Below, piece after piece: positions 38,910 through 50,807 of a stretch of DNA of 64,000 nt. Under the pieces are notes generated by a model that saw only the letters and a list, made by a program, of their open reading frames with translations, was not told where the DNA came from and ran no database searches. The translations under genes and the position numbers were made by a program. This stretch comes from Tubulanus polymorphus (Eukaryota; Animalia; Nemertea). The stretch is from assembly GCF_964204645.1 (NCBI RefSeq), contig NC_134026.1, forward strand, positions 26,880,150-26,944,149, read 5' to 3'. How positions within the stretch are numbered: the stretch's first letter is position 1; each line of letters opens with the position of its first letter.

Positions 38910-39210
38910 CAGTCAACCCCCGATATACCATCCACATCGGTGAAGAAAATTTTGACGGTATAGAGAGTATGACGGTATATATCGTGGGTATTTTACTATG
39001 TATTTGTTAAGAGATGTACATTGCCCACAATTTAAATTTTTCATCAAATTTCGCAAATATCTGCTCAGGGTAAAGAAACGTTCTGTTAATTCTGCTGTTC
39101 GCGGTAATCTGGGACAGTTCCCTCTACTTATAATTTTCTTGCCACTTATGGTCAAATAGTGGCTGTGCATCTGTAAAATAGACAGTTCGACGATGGTATA
39201 TAAAGCGGCT
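38910..39210. mobile_element. pogo/Tigger-like MITE remnant
   Basis: TA|CAGTCAACCCCCGATATACC start with repeated GACGGTATA subterminal motifs; right end disrupted. Confidence 0.5.
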
Positions 39211-39513
39211 AGTGGTAAAAATCCTCAGGGTTAAATTCCCCTAAAATCCAAATTCCTCAAAGTAAGTAAAAATCGCCCTCCTTCTGAATGTAGTGTAAGT
39301 AGATACAATCTTAAGGTCAATTAATTCATATTTATGATACATATATCTAATTTATTATTGTGGAACATCTTAAGGATATCATGATCATACAAACTTTGAA
39401 TTAAAACATTACTACAAATTAACACAGTTCATCGCACATTTCAAATATACTACACTAGCTTGAATCTTAAATATCTAGAATTAAAAGTTCACTATTGCTT
39501 ATAACTTCATGGC

Positions 39514-42500
39514 ATACTGCCCGATCCTCTCCCAGACCGGTGATCCTACTGCTACCCCAATACCACTGATACCAGTGATACTGTCCGATCCTTCAGGAGA
39601 CCGGTGATACTACTGCTACCCCGATACCACTGTTACCAGTGATACTGTCCGATCCTTCAGGAGACCGGTGATACTACTGATACCCCGATACCACTGATAC
39701 CAGTGATACTGCCCGATCCTTCTGGAGACCGGTGATACTACTGCTACCCCGATACCACTGTTACCAGTGATACTGCCCGATCCTTCTGGAGACCGGTGAT
39801 ACTACTGCTACCCCGATACCACTGTTACCAGTGATACTGTCCGATCCTCTCCGAGACCGGTGATACTACTGCTACCCCGATACCACTGATACCAGTGATA
39901 CTGCCCGATCCTTCAGGAGACCGGTGATACTACTGCTACCCCGATACCACTGTTACCAGTGATACTGTCCGATCCTTCAGGAGACCGGTGATCCTACTGC
40001 TACCCCGATACCACTGATACCAGTGATACTGCCCGATCCTTCTGGAGACCGGTGATACTACTGCTACCCCAATACCACTGATACCAGTGATACTGCCCGA
40101 TCCTTCAGGAGACCGGTGATACTACTGCTACCCCGATACCACTGTTACCAGTGATACTGTCCGATCCTTCTGGAGACCGGTGATACTACTGCTACCCCGA
40201 TACCACTGTTACCAGTGATACTGTCCGATCCTCTCCGAGACCGGTGATACTACTGATACCCCGATACCACTGTTACCAGTGATACTGTCCGATCCTCTCG
40301 GAGACCGGTGATACTACTGCTACCCCGATACCACTGATACCAGTGATACTGCCCGATCCTTCTGGAGACTGGTGATACTACTGCTACCCCGATACCACTG
40401 TTACCAGTGATACTGCCCGATCCTCTCCGAGACCGGTGATACTACTGCTACCCCGATACCACTGTTACCAGTGATACTGCCCGATCCTTCTGGAGACCGG
40501 TGATACTACTGCTACCCCGATACCACTGTTACCAGTGATACTGTCCGATCCTTCAGGAGACCGGTGATACTACTGCTACCCCGATACCACTGACACCAGT
40601 GATACTGCCCGATCCTCTCCGAGACCGGTGATACTACTGCTACCCCGATACCACTGATACCAGTGATACTGCCCGATCCTTCAGGAGACCGGTGATACTA
40701 CTGCTACCCCGATACCACTGTTACCAGTGATACTGCCCGATCCTCTCGGAGACCGGTGATACTACTGCTACCCCGATACCACTGTTACCAGTGATACTGT
40801 CCGATCCTCTCCGAGACCGGTGATACTACTGCTACCCCAATACCACTGATACCAGTGATACTGCCCGATCCTTCAGGAGACCGGTGATACTACTGCTACC
40901 CCGATACCACTGTTACCAGTGATACTGTCCGATCCTTCACGAGACCGGTGATACTACTGCTACCCCGATACCACTGACACCAGTGATACTGCCCAATCCT
41001 CTCCGAGACCGGTGATACTACTGCTACCCCGATACCACTGTTACCAGTGATACTGCCCGATCCTTCAGGAGACCGGTGATACTACTGCTACCCCGATACC
41101 ACTGTTACCAGTGATACTGCCCGATCCTTCTGGAGACCGGTGATACTACTGCTACCCCAATACCACTGATACCAGTGATACTGCCCGATCCTTCAGGAGA
41201 CCGGTGATACTACTGCTACCCCGATACCACTGTTACCAGTGATACTGTCCGATCCTTCTGGAGACCGGTGATACTACTGCTACCCCGATACCACTGATAC
41301 CAGTGATACTGCCCGATCCTTTAGGAGACCGATGATACTACTGCTACCCCGATACCACTGTTACCAGTGATACTGTCCGATCCTCTCAGAGACCGATGAT
41401 ACTACTGCTACCCCGATACCACTGTTACCAGTGATACTGTCCGATCCTCTCCGAGACCGGTGATACTACTGCTACCCCGATACCACTGATACCAGTGATA
41501 CTGTCCGATCCTTCTGGAGACCGGTGATATACTGCTACCCCGATAGCACTGATACCAGTGATACTGCCCGATCCTTCTGGAGACCGGTGATACTACTGCT
41601 ACCCCGATACCACTGTTACCAGTGTTACTGCTCGATCCTTCTGGAGACCGGTGATACTACTGATACCCCGATACCACTGTTACCAGTGATACTGTCCGAT
41701 CCTCTCGGAGACCGGTGATACTACTGCTACCCCGATACCACTGATACCAGTGATACTGTCCGATCCTTCAGGAGACCGGTGATACTACTGCTACCCCGAT
41801 ACCACTGTTACCAGTGATACTGCCCGATCCTCTCCGAGACCGGTGATACTACTGCTACCCCGATACCACTGATACCAGTGATACTGCCCGATCCTTCTGG
41901 AGACCGGTGATACTACTGCTACCCCGATACCACTGATACCAGTGATACTGCCCGATCCTTCTGGAGACCGGTGATACTACTGCTACCCCGATACCACTGT
42001 TACCAGTGATACTGCCCGATCCTTCTGGAGACCGGTGATACTACTGCTACCCCGATACCACTGTTACCAGTGATACTGTCCGATCCTCTCCGAGACCGGT
42101 GATACTACTGCTACCCCGATACCACTGATACCAGTGATACTGCCCGATCCTCTCGGAGACCAGTGATACTACTGCTACCCCGATACCACTGTTACCAGTG
42201 ATACTGTCCGATCCTCTCCGAGACCGGTGATACTACTGCTACCCCGATACCACTGTTACCAGTGATACTGTCCGATCCTCTCCGAGACCGGTGATACTAC
42301 TGCTACCCCGATACCACTGTTACCAGTGATACTGTCCGATCCTCTCCGAGACCGGTGATACTACTGCTACCCCGATACCACTGTTACCAGTGATACTGTC
42401 CGATCCTCTCCGAGACCGGTGATACTAGTGATTCCACGATACCACTGATACCAGCGATACTGTCCGATCCTCTCCGAGACCGGTGATACTACTGATACCC

Positions 42501-42517
42501 CGATACCACTGATACCA
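39514..42517 (-). repeat. 64-bp tandem satellite, right arm, about 47 units, inverted relative to the left arm
   Basis: Reverse complement of the 33620-34782 unit. Confidence 0.97.
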
Positions 42518-44402
42518 GTATTGCTACGGATGCTTTCGGCCGTGTTGTATGCGGTGGTAATGTCCTGTTCTCACTGTATTGTCCCATGGCGCCCTCTACA
42601 TAGCCGCCATCTTGAAACGGTGTTCTGGTACACCACTGACTAACCGTTTATACGCCGATGGTCCAACCAGAGACTCGATAGTCCATGGCCCCCGCACTAA
42701 AACCAGAGATAAACCTGGCCAATTATACTCTGGAAAGCGTAGGATTAAGTAATCAATCTGATTTAGATTTTTATCTTCACATATCAAATTATTACCTCTT
42801 AGCTTATTTTCTCAAATTTAAATACCTGGTAGTAATTTTATTTCTATTACATGTACCCGGTACTATGTATGAAATTGTACTAACTTTTAAACCACAAAAG
42901 TTACATGTAAGGTATTTCGAAGTCTTTATCTACGATACATTTTCACTACAGCTGATTTATACACAAAGAATTATAAACTTTGATGCATAAAACACCGACA
43001 ATTAAATCTGAAAGTCTAGGATCATGAATTTGACTATTCATGAGGTCAATATAACCGACACTTAGTTATATTTCATGAAATATGGATCTATCATGTCAAC
43101 TTTTCAAATGACATCGAGATTGAGGATATCTCCTCAATTATCAAGAAAAAGCTCAACTTTATTCGATAGGACCTTAATAAATCAGTGTTTTACGAACAAT
43201 TGACATGAACATGTCGTTTTATCCCACAACAACAATTATACCTAAATGACAGGTATTCATGTACTTGAGAGGAAGTGCCTCAGTCATTTACAAAAACATG
43301 ACCTGTATTTTAAAAAAAGTCTCCAAAATAAAACAGAGATATGCAATCAACAAGATAAAATTGTTCACCTCTCAATTTGAATACAGCTAGCACAATCTAC
43401 TAATTAACACTGTTTTTATATTCTCATTTATCAAGAGACTAGGTCAAGAGATATAAAATACATGCTTGCCCCAAAGTCAAGTGGCATCTATTCCTTAGAT
43501 CAAACCCTGCAAACTATTACAAAGGTTTTTCTTCGTGACAATTCAAGATAAATCGAGTATCTTCAACAAATATGGTTTGACTGATAAGCTACTGTAACTT
43601 CTTAATTATATTATTCAACTTGATAGTAGATATAAATACAACTCTATATAAAGATCAGAAATTCTTCGAGTCCATATATTAAAGGCCCCACACAGACGTG
43701 GTTAAACCGATAATCAAAACGAAGCTAGGACAATTGACCTATTAGCACTGTATCTTCAAGTTATCAAGAAACTGCTGCTGTTTTCTACAGGCCTTTAATC
43801 TAATCAGTATTTTATGAACCACTGAAAAGCACCACAGTGGAATTGTTGCTATAAAACTTAACAACTGAAAGGTTTCAACACGAATTATGAAAGTACATCG
43901 TTTTATTCACACAACAATAATATCTTAATCGAGGAATCATCATGCAAGTTCCTAAACATGCAAACTGTGTTACAATAACAGTCTCAAACATACAAACATA
44001 CAGGCATTAAAACTACAGATGAAACACACAGATTCACTCTGGAAATCTTAGTATCAATTAATCAGTCTTAATATTATTTTCATTAACATTACTTTCACTA
44101 GAAAACTACAATTTTACCAACTTTGCCCTGACTTCAAGATTTCCAAACACCTTGACATTACATACTAAGTATTCTGACGTTTTTTCTTCCAGCTTCGAAA
44201 AAGATCAACATAATTATACAATAAGTAACTAATCAATAACATAAATAACTTAAGTTTATAGCTGTTTAACCTTCTTTTAAAAAAGTAAAATGTATTTACC
44301 AAATTTTTAGACAGTAAATCTACCCCAGTATAACAATAAACAGTCACAGCAGTGATTGAGCGCGGCTAGTTCAAAGGATGGTCGATCTTTCATCACAGTT
44401 AT

Positions 44403-44512
44403 TCAAAGCATTCTATCATATCAGTTATCTTTTTAAGTGTGTTCGATTTAGTTAAGGTTTATGGTTATTTGTTTTGTCCATTACATTAACTGTGTCCTAT
44501 AGAATGCTTTGA
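44403..44512. repeat. Short imperfect inverted repeat (MITE-like)
   Basis: TCAAAGCATTCTAT..CAGTTA versus TAACTG..ATAGAATGCTTTGA. Confidence 0.55.
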
Positions 44513-45285
44513 TTAACAACAGAAAAGATCTCAGGTTTTTGGCATACTTAAGGAAAGTTGTTCGATTAATGAAGAACCTTGTAAATAAATATTTGAAAAA
44601 ATGCCTTTTCATGTAAATAGAGTATTAATTTGTTGTTTGTTTGTATTGTTGTTTATTATTTTCATCTAGTTTTTATATTATCTATTTATTTATGTGCTTT
44701 TATTTTGTATTATTTACTATTTATTATTTATTGTTTGTTTTATTTATTTAATTCTTTATTAATTTATGTACTTGTAGTTTGTATTATGTATTATTTATAC
44801 TCCTCTATTTACAACTGCAGGCATTTTTTCACTGTAAAGTTCTTAAACCATTTTAAAAAAAGCACTACCGATTCACTGCCACTCCTTAATAATCATTATA
44901 CACCCGATTTGAAGCTAAGTGATTATTCACGAGAGCCATCTCGTGATATGGTCACCCATTACAATAAAAGAAGTTCAAACAGCTATAAACAATGTTAAAC
45001 GTTCAAAATAAGTCCTAGCTACAACTTTATGCCTCATTATTCCTAGCTTTACCTCTCAAATGTAAATAATGGTCTCCTTAGATGAAGCTTTTGTTTTCCA
45101 ATACGTAGCTATGATCATCAAACAGATTGATGGAGGGTCAAAGTTAAAACTCGATGTGAAAATTGACATATACGATTCATTTGTCAAATTAGATACATCG
45201 GCCTTTGAGAAAATATCATAAAATGCCATCAAATTAATACATCTACAATTCCGCAAATACTTATTTGTACATATAAGTATGGCCT

Positions 45286-45560
45286 AATGTCGGCGTCGAG
45301 CGCCTAGCTTGAACTCGTAGGTCTGTTGAGTTAACTCCTAAACTGAAATAGTTTCAACATGATATTGTGAAACATATGTTATATGTTTCCTAACTATGTG
45401 ATATCGAGGGCAAAGCCAGACAGGGGCATAGCCACTGTTGACTATGTTTAACTATGGTAAGCACGAAGATAAAACTCACAATATCATGTTGAAACTATTT
45501 CAGTTTAGGAGTTAACTCAACAGACCTACGAGTTCAAGCTAGGCGCTCGACGCCGACATT
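45286..45560. repeat. Perfect 85-bp inverted repeat with a 105-bp spacer
   Basis: 45286-45370 is the exact reverse complement of 45476-45560 as read by eye. Confidence 0.92.
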
Positions 45561-45767
45561 TACCCCTCGTCACTAACCTAACTTGACTTATCTATCAACC
45601 AAGGATCGAAGACCAATATCTTGAATTAATGGAGCTTAGCTTTTATTAGACTCTCACATTGCATAAAACATTATAAAATAGTTTTCTCGAAAAAACTATA
45701 TTATCCATCAGACTGATTTAAAAAAGGGTGATAAGTAAAAAAATCAATACTTTACGACAGAAATCCG

Positions 45768-45966
45768 CTATTGTCTTTGCCGCTCCTGGATCTCAAGTGT
45801 TTATAAGATGCACTATTGTTTATGTTGCTCCTCAATTTATAAGATACACTATTGTCTTTGCTGCTTCTAAAACAGTGTTTACCCTGAATCAGTGTTGATA
45901 AAATAATCCATTAGCATTGCTGCGCGAATTAGTGTTTATAAGATACACTATTGTCTCTGCTGCTCC
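45768..45966. repeat. Degenerate minisatellite (TTTATAAGATACACTATTGTCTTTGCTGCTCC, about 4 copies)
   Basis: The motif recurs near 45768, 45800, 45836 and 45935. Confidence 0.7.
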
Positions 45967-46789
45967 CGATAGAATATTTTATAGAAATCAACCACCGATT
46001 GTAGAAGAATCCATCGATGAGTGATTAATCCGTCGCTGGCTCCTCAACTTATGTCACCTGGGCTTCTGCAGTTTTCATCAGCAAATGGGTCAATCAGTAA
46101 TCGTTGTCGGTGTCTTCTCGATGATGTTAGTTTGGCTGAAACAAAGTGAAGAAAGCAAAACATTTCAGTCAGATTTATCATACCGGTAATTTACATGTCA
46201 TTTCAAATTACAGGCCACCGTGTTTTTCACAAAGTAAAATTCATTGACGTCAATTGCCGATTTAAACCCCAATTATTAATTGCAGTAGTAGGACTAGATC
46301 ATCATTGTTTAAGACTAGTAAAGATAAAAGATCAGCCATGTGGACCGGTAAATAGAGTTTGATGATAGTCACTTATTAAATGATATTCATATGAGGCTTG
46401 AAATTTCTATATACCGGTAATTCCATGTACATGTATATCAACTTACCTTTAAACATTGCTGGGTTCAGTTCTGGCCTTTTCTGTGCACCGTTCCAGTTTG
46501 TAGATTTTGGACGAGTAGTTGATCTCAAGCTGGGCTTTTTCGTATAGTTGAAATTTAGCTGCAATGATCATAAGAAGATATCCTGTAATGACAAAAGATT
46601 TCATTCAGGATGAATCAAAATTTTTCCATGTACATCAAGTTACCTTTTATGATTGCTGGGTTCATTATCGACGGGGATCATCTAAGTTTGTTGGCTGATG
46701 AGTTGAATTCAAACTGGCCCGTTATGTGAGCTGTTCTCTCATCGGCAGATTTTAGATGAGTTGTTGATCTCAGGCTCTCGTTTGAAGTA

Positions 46790-47125
46790 CAGATATAGTT
46801 GTGTGATCTGCGGTCAATCTAACATAATTTTTTTTTCAAAATCGAAGTAGTACGAAAGTTTACAAGGTAGAATTTTGTCTAAGTTTTACATATTTTTACA
46901 GTTTTTTTTTTAAAATCGAAGTGCAGATATAGCTGTCAATCTTACATATTTTTTTTTTCAAAATCGAAGTAGTCCGAAAGTTTACAAGGTAGAATTTTGT
47001 CTAAGTTTTACATATTTTTACAGTTTTTTTTTAAACGAAGTAAAGATATAGTTGTGTGATTGGTGTTCAATCTTACATAATTTTTTTTCGAAATCGAAAT
47101 AGTCTGAAAGCTTACAAGGTAGAAG
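46790..47125. repeat. ~120-bp tandem triplication
   Basis: GATATAG...CAATCTTACATA...AAATCGAAGTAGT...TTACAAGGTAGAA occurs three times. Confidence 0.85.
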
Positions 47126-48240
47126 ATAACTTTGTCGAATTTTTACATTTGTTGGTTGTTTTTTCCGGGTATATGTTGATAACTTCATCCTCCAAGTTGC
47201 TTGTCCCGCGTGTTGACTAGGGAATGATGTTGTTGGAACATCCAAGGGTGCCATCGGACTCAGTCCCGGAGTCGGATTATGGATGTTGGTATCACCAGAC
47301 TTCCCACCATCGGAGTTTGACTTCTGGCTAGCGAAATGACAAGATGAAGAGAGCATATTATATATTAGGTCAAAATGTTTGTCAGACAGAGCCTGACCAC
47401 TGTGGTTTGAGAAAGCTTTAATTATCTCATAACCATCCCTATCCCTATGCCTAGTATTAACTATTATTGTGCCACAGATTTATGCCAGCTCCATTCGTGT
47501 CTGGGTACATATACAGCCAAACCATGTACCTCTTCCCCACACGATAAGCCAGGTTTTTTGAGAACGGAATGTCTGAGTTTTTTGCCTTTGAGCTAGTAAG
47601 AAATTAACACCAAAGTACCACTAGCCCCTCCTAATGCCAGGCTTTTTTTTCTGAGAATCAAACACCTGCATTTTTGAATTAGTAAAAATCAACCCCTGAT
47701 ATACCACTAAGCTGAGCTAAGTAATAAGCTGAAATTAAATAGTACATAATCATTGATTAACAAGACGAAATTTGCGACTATATCTAACTTTGATAGTGGA
47801 TGACGAAAATGATGAAAGGCCAGGATGAGGGGTCTGAATCAGAAATCGAAGCTACACAGTTTACGATGTATTTGAAGTACATTAAAGATGTTCGAGATTA
47901 CAGAGTTTACGAATACATTATAGACGTTTATCATCTGCTGCGACAAGAATAACCAGGAAAGATTTTGAATAATGATGGAAGGGGAAAAAACCTTGGATGA
48001 AATATTAAATTTCCAGAGTTTCACGGCTTAAATTGAAGTACAACCATATAGACGCTGGTAATACATAGTTTTAACGGCTTTACATCATATTTGATCGAAC
48101 CTGAGAAAGCGAAAGAAGTCAGCACAGAACTTCTGGCTGATAACAGCAAAGTCAGAGTTCTCGGGGTTTCAACTGGCAGTGGCAGAGTCGGAGTTCTCTA
48201 ACATGGCCTCATCCTAGCTAGTGGCGGGGTGCTGATGACA

Positions 48241-48654
48241 CGGGTGTTACTACGGAGGACCCGCAATCAGAGTAAGATGGTAAGCGACAAACATCTTCGG
48301 CTTCTTCAAGCATCAACACCAAAAGACAACCGGCACCCAGATGAGAGAGAAAAACTGGGTGAACGGGGAACCCAATCGGCAAGATGCCAATGGGTAGCCT
48401 TAGGCGAAGAAACCAGCCGATTCAGACTAGAATGGACCAAACCAATTGAGCACACCACCTAAGACAACCGACACTCAGATGGCAGAAGCCAACTGGGTGA
48501 ACGGGGAACCCAATGGGTAGCCTTACGCAATGAACCAGCAGATTCAGACTAGAAAGGACCAAACTGGGGACCTAAAGATCCAACAGCCCCCTCAGTCGAA
48601 GATTGCTACCACCCCCATCTTATTCTGATCGCAGGTCCCCCGTAGTAACATCCG
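48241..48654. mobile_element. MITE with 40-bp TIRs and an internal ~100-bp direct duplication
   Basis: CGGGTGTTACTACGGAGGACCCGCAATCAGAGTAAGATGG versus CCATCTTATTCTGATCGCAGGTCCCCCGTAGTAACATCCG; AAGACAACCG...GGACCAAAC occurs twice inside. Confidence 0.75.
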
Positions 48655-48761
48655 ATGATGGTAATAAATGTTAGAAAGAATTAGGTTATCCTCTCAGGGC
48701 CTGTTAATTGTACGTCACCGGTAATGGAAAAAGTAAGGCAAGCAGGAAAGGTAGGCCTACC

Positions 48762-48872
48762 TTAGTCAGTAACCTGACTGTGGTTTAGTTTCACGATCGG
48801 GTATTTTCACAAACCACATAAGCCCATATGACTATAAAAAAGCTTACCACCAACGATTAGGTCACTAACTAG
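48762..48872 (+). repeat. ~110-bp dispersed repeat (other copies at 31593-31706 and, inverted, about 58689-58745)
   Basis: AGTCAGTAACCTG.CTGTGGTTTAGTTTCAC.ATCGG.TATTTTCACAAA is shared; this copy is flanked by TAGGCCTACC direct repeats. Confidence 0.8.
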
Positions 48873-50807
48873 GCCTACCCACATTATCCAACTAGCCTTG
48901 ACGAGAAAAGAAGAATTAGCAACATAAACAAAATCGAAAAGGAAAATATCGAAAGTTCAGGATATCAAATTAACTTAATTATGGCTGCCCAAATTCAACA
49001 ACCACTAAAACCGATGCCTGAAAGAGGCTTGAAGCTCACACCACCAGGACAGATCTAGGCAAATACATCCGAATTTCAATTGCTAGACTTTAGGGTACAG
49101 GTCGAATGATCGAGAGTAATCTCAGGGAAACATCTCAAATGACACTGCGCGTAGATTGTTCACGTCAGGAGTCATCAAACTCAAACAGCCCATTAAAAAT
49201 GAGCACCTGAGGTCTACATCAAGGACAGGGTGGCCATTTTATCAGTCTAGGGAAGATTTCCGTCGAGGAAGCGATGGATAAAGGCAAATACATCTGATTA
49301 AAAAAACATGTTTTGAACATTAGTTTCCATAATATTGAAAGTATGCCTAGTTACAATATTTCTCATTAATAAACCAAAACCGATATATTCGTTCTGCAAG
49401 GAGGTTGGTTTGCAATTTAGGTGGTAAACTATTGGAGACTTGGCTGTGGAAGGTATGAATCACATTATGTTTCATCAGTAGCCGTATATCGTAATACATT
49501 GACGCGATTTGTGTCATTTCACATGGTCACAGTCGAATAATCGTGGGTGTGGGTATTATCTCAGGGTCACGTACGGTCAGCCCTATGTTTATGGGCCCTG
49601 GTTGTTAATTATTAAGAAGATTTTTGATGACTGCAGTCTTTCGTCTTAGACTGTTGTTTGGTCATTGTTCGGAAGGTTGAGCAAATTTCATCTGGGTTTC
49701 GAATTTGTCTACCCAGGCTTTCTTGGCGTTTTGAATGCTTAATTGGTGGTTTCCTCAGCAGACTTTAAGGCAAGGAGATTGTCGATGAAGTTTCTTTGTA
49801 TTTGTATATATCTCTCGCTGCAAAAGTAAAGACTCTCTTGTATCCTGGTTAGCCCAGCATGGACTAGTCTGGGTTATTTTTATACATAGTAGGCCTACCT
49901 GGGGTCAAAAACATTTTGTGTCAGGCCCCTGTGGCCGGCCGTTTCGTATTCCAATTTTGATTTGGCGTGCGAATGATATCAGCAACTCTGAAAAACCGCT
50001 ATTGTTGAATGGATTTAAGAGTTTATCATGGACATTAGAGTCTGATACCTGTCCTTGTTACCGGTCCTACAACCGTTTTTTGTTTGTGGAACGACGCTAG
50101 GTACTATGTAGACTATCATCATGATGGACGTAAACTAGTTTATACGTCCATGAGTTTATCAAATGTTCCACTGCCGGGTTGAATACGCGCCTGTATCCAG
50201 CTGAACGATATCGAATCCCAGAGTCCCACGTCTTTGCGGTCCCAGATCCGACGCGAGTGGATTGAGTGCATGATTGAAGAATAAAACCCCGTCAATAGAC
50301 AGATATTTTAATTCATAAAAATTCGTATTCAATTGAGTGGAGACATACAAGGCTTTTTAGATTACTTGCAGCATGGATCCTCTGGAAATTCTGCCAACAA
50401 CTTCATTGCGCTTACCACTCATAATTTGAAAAACCCAAATTTCTTTCTTTAATTTTGATACTGGATTAAACGGTACATCATCATGTAAATCTAGGCGGAA
50501 AGTCCATATTAGTTTTCAGTCTTAAAATGATAGTATCTGTTTTTTTCGTCACAATTTGATGGAGGATGGGTGACACCAATATCCCTATAAATAAAAAGAA
50601 AAAAGATACCGGTGTCATCCATCCTCCAGTTGTAACAAGCGTTGGCGATTTATGCAGAATTGTTAATTGGGAATCGAACCCAAATATGCGGAAGTTTAAC
50701 CAAAGTTTATTGAATTATTTAGCAAACGAGGTAACAAATATAGTGTTTTCGTGGATATGTGATGCGATCTTCCTCCAGAAGGACCTACTTCAAAAAAACG
50801 AGATACG

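Larger units (their letters stand above)
33460..42660. mobile_element. 9.2-kb non-autonomous foldback DNA transposon (P/Galileo-like or FB-like)
   Basis: ~150-bp unique termini are inverted copies (33460-33620, 42515-42660), each continuing into oppositely oriented 64-bp arrays; flanked by GTCCAAC(CA) at 33453 and 42661; no transposase ORF inside. Confidence 0.85.

Noticed and set aside
33620-42517. 64-bp arrays as CRISPR arrays or coding repeats
   Set aside because: No unique spacers, no cas genes, eukaryotic context; the period is not a multiple of three, and ORF 41524..41718 is incidental.
44630-44998. 122-aa hydrophobic ORF
   Set aside because: Derived from low-complexity TTTA/TTA-rich sequence.
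45323-45360. Second hammerhead (CTGTTGA...GAAA) in the 85-bp inverted repeat
   Set aside because: The core deviates from CUGAnGA and the stems do not form convincingly.
49620-49830. LINE ORF2-like remnant (AKKAWVDKF) on the minus strand
   Set aside because: Too short and interrupted to support without a search.
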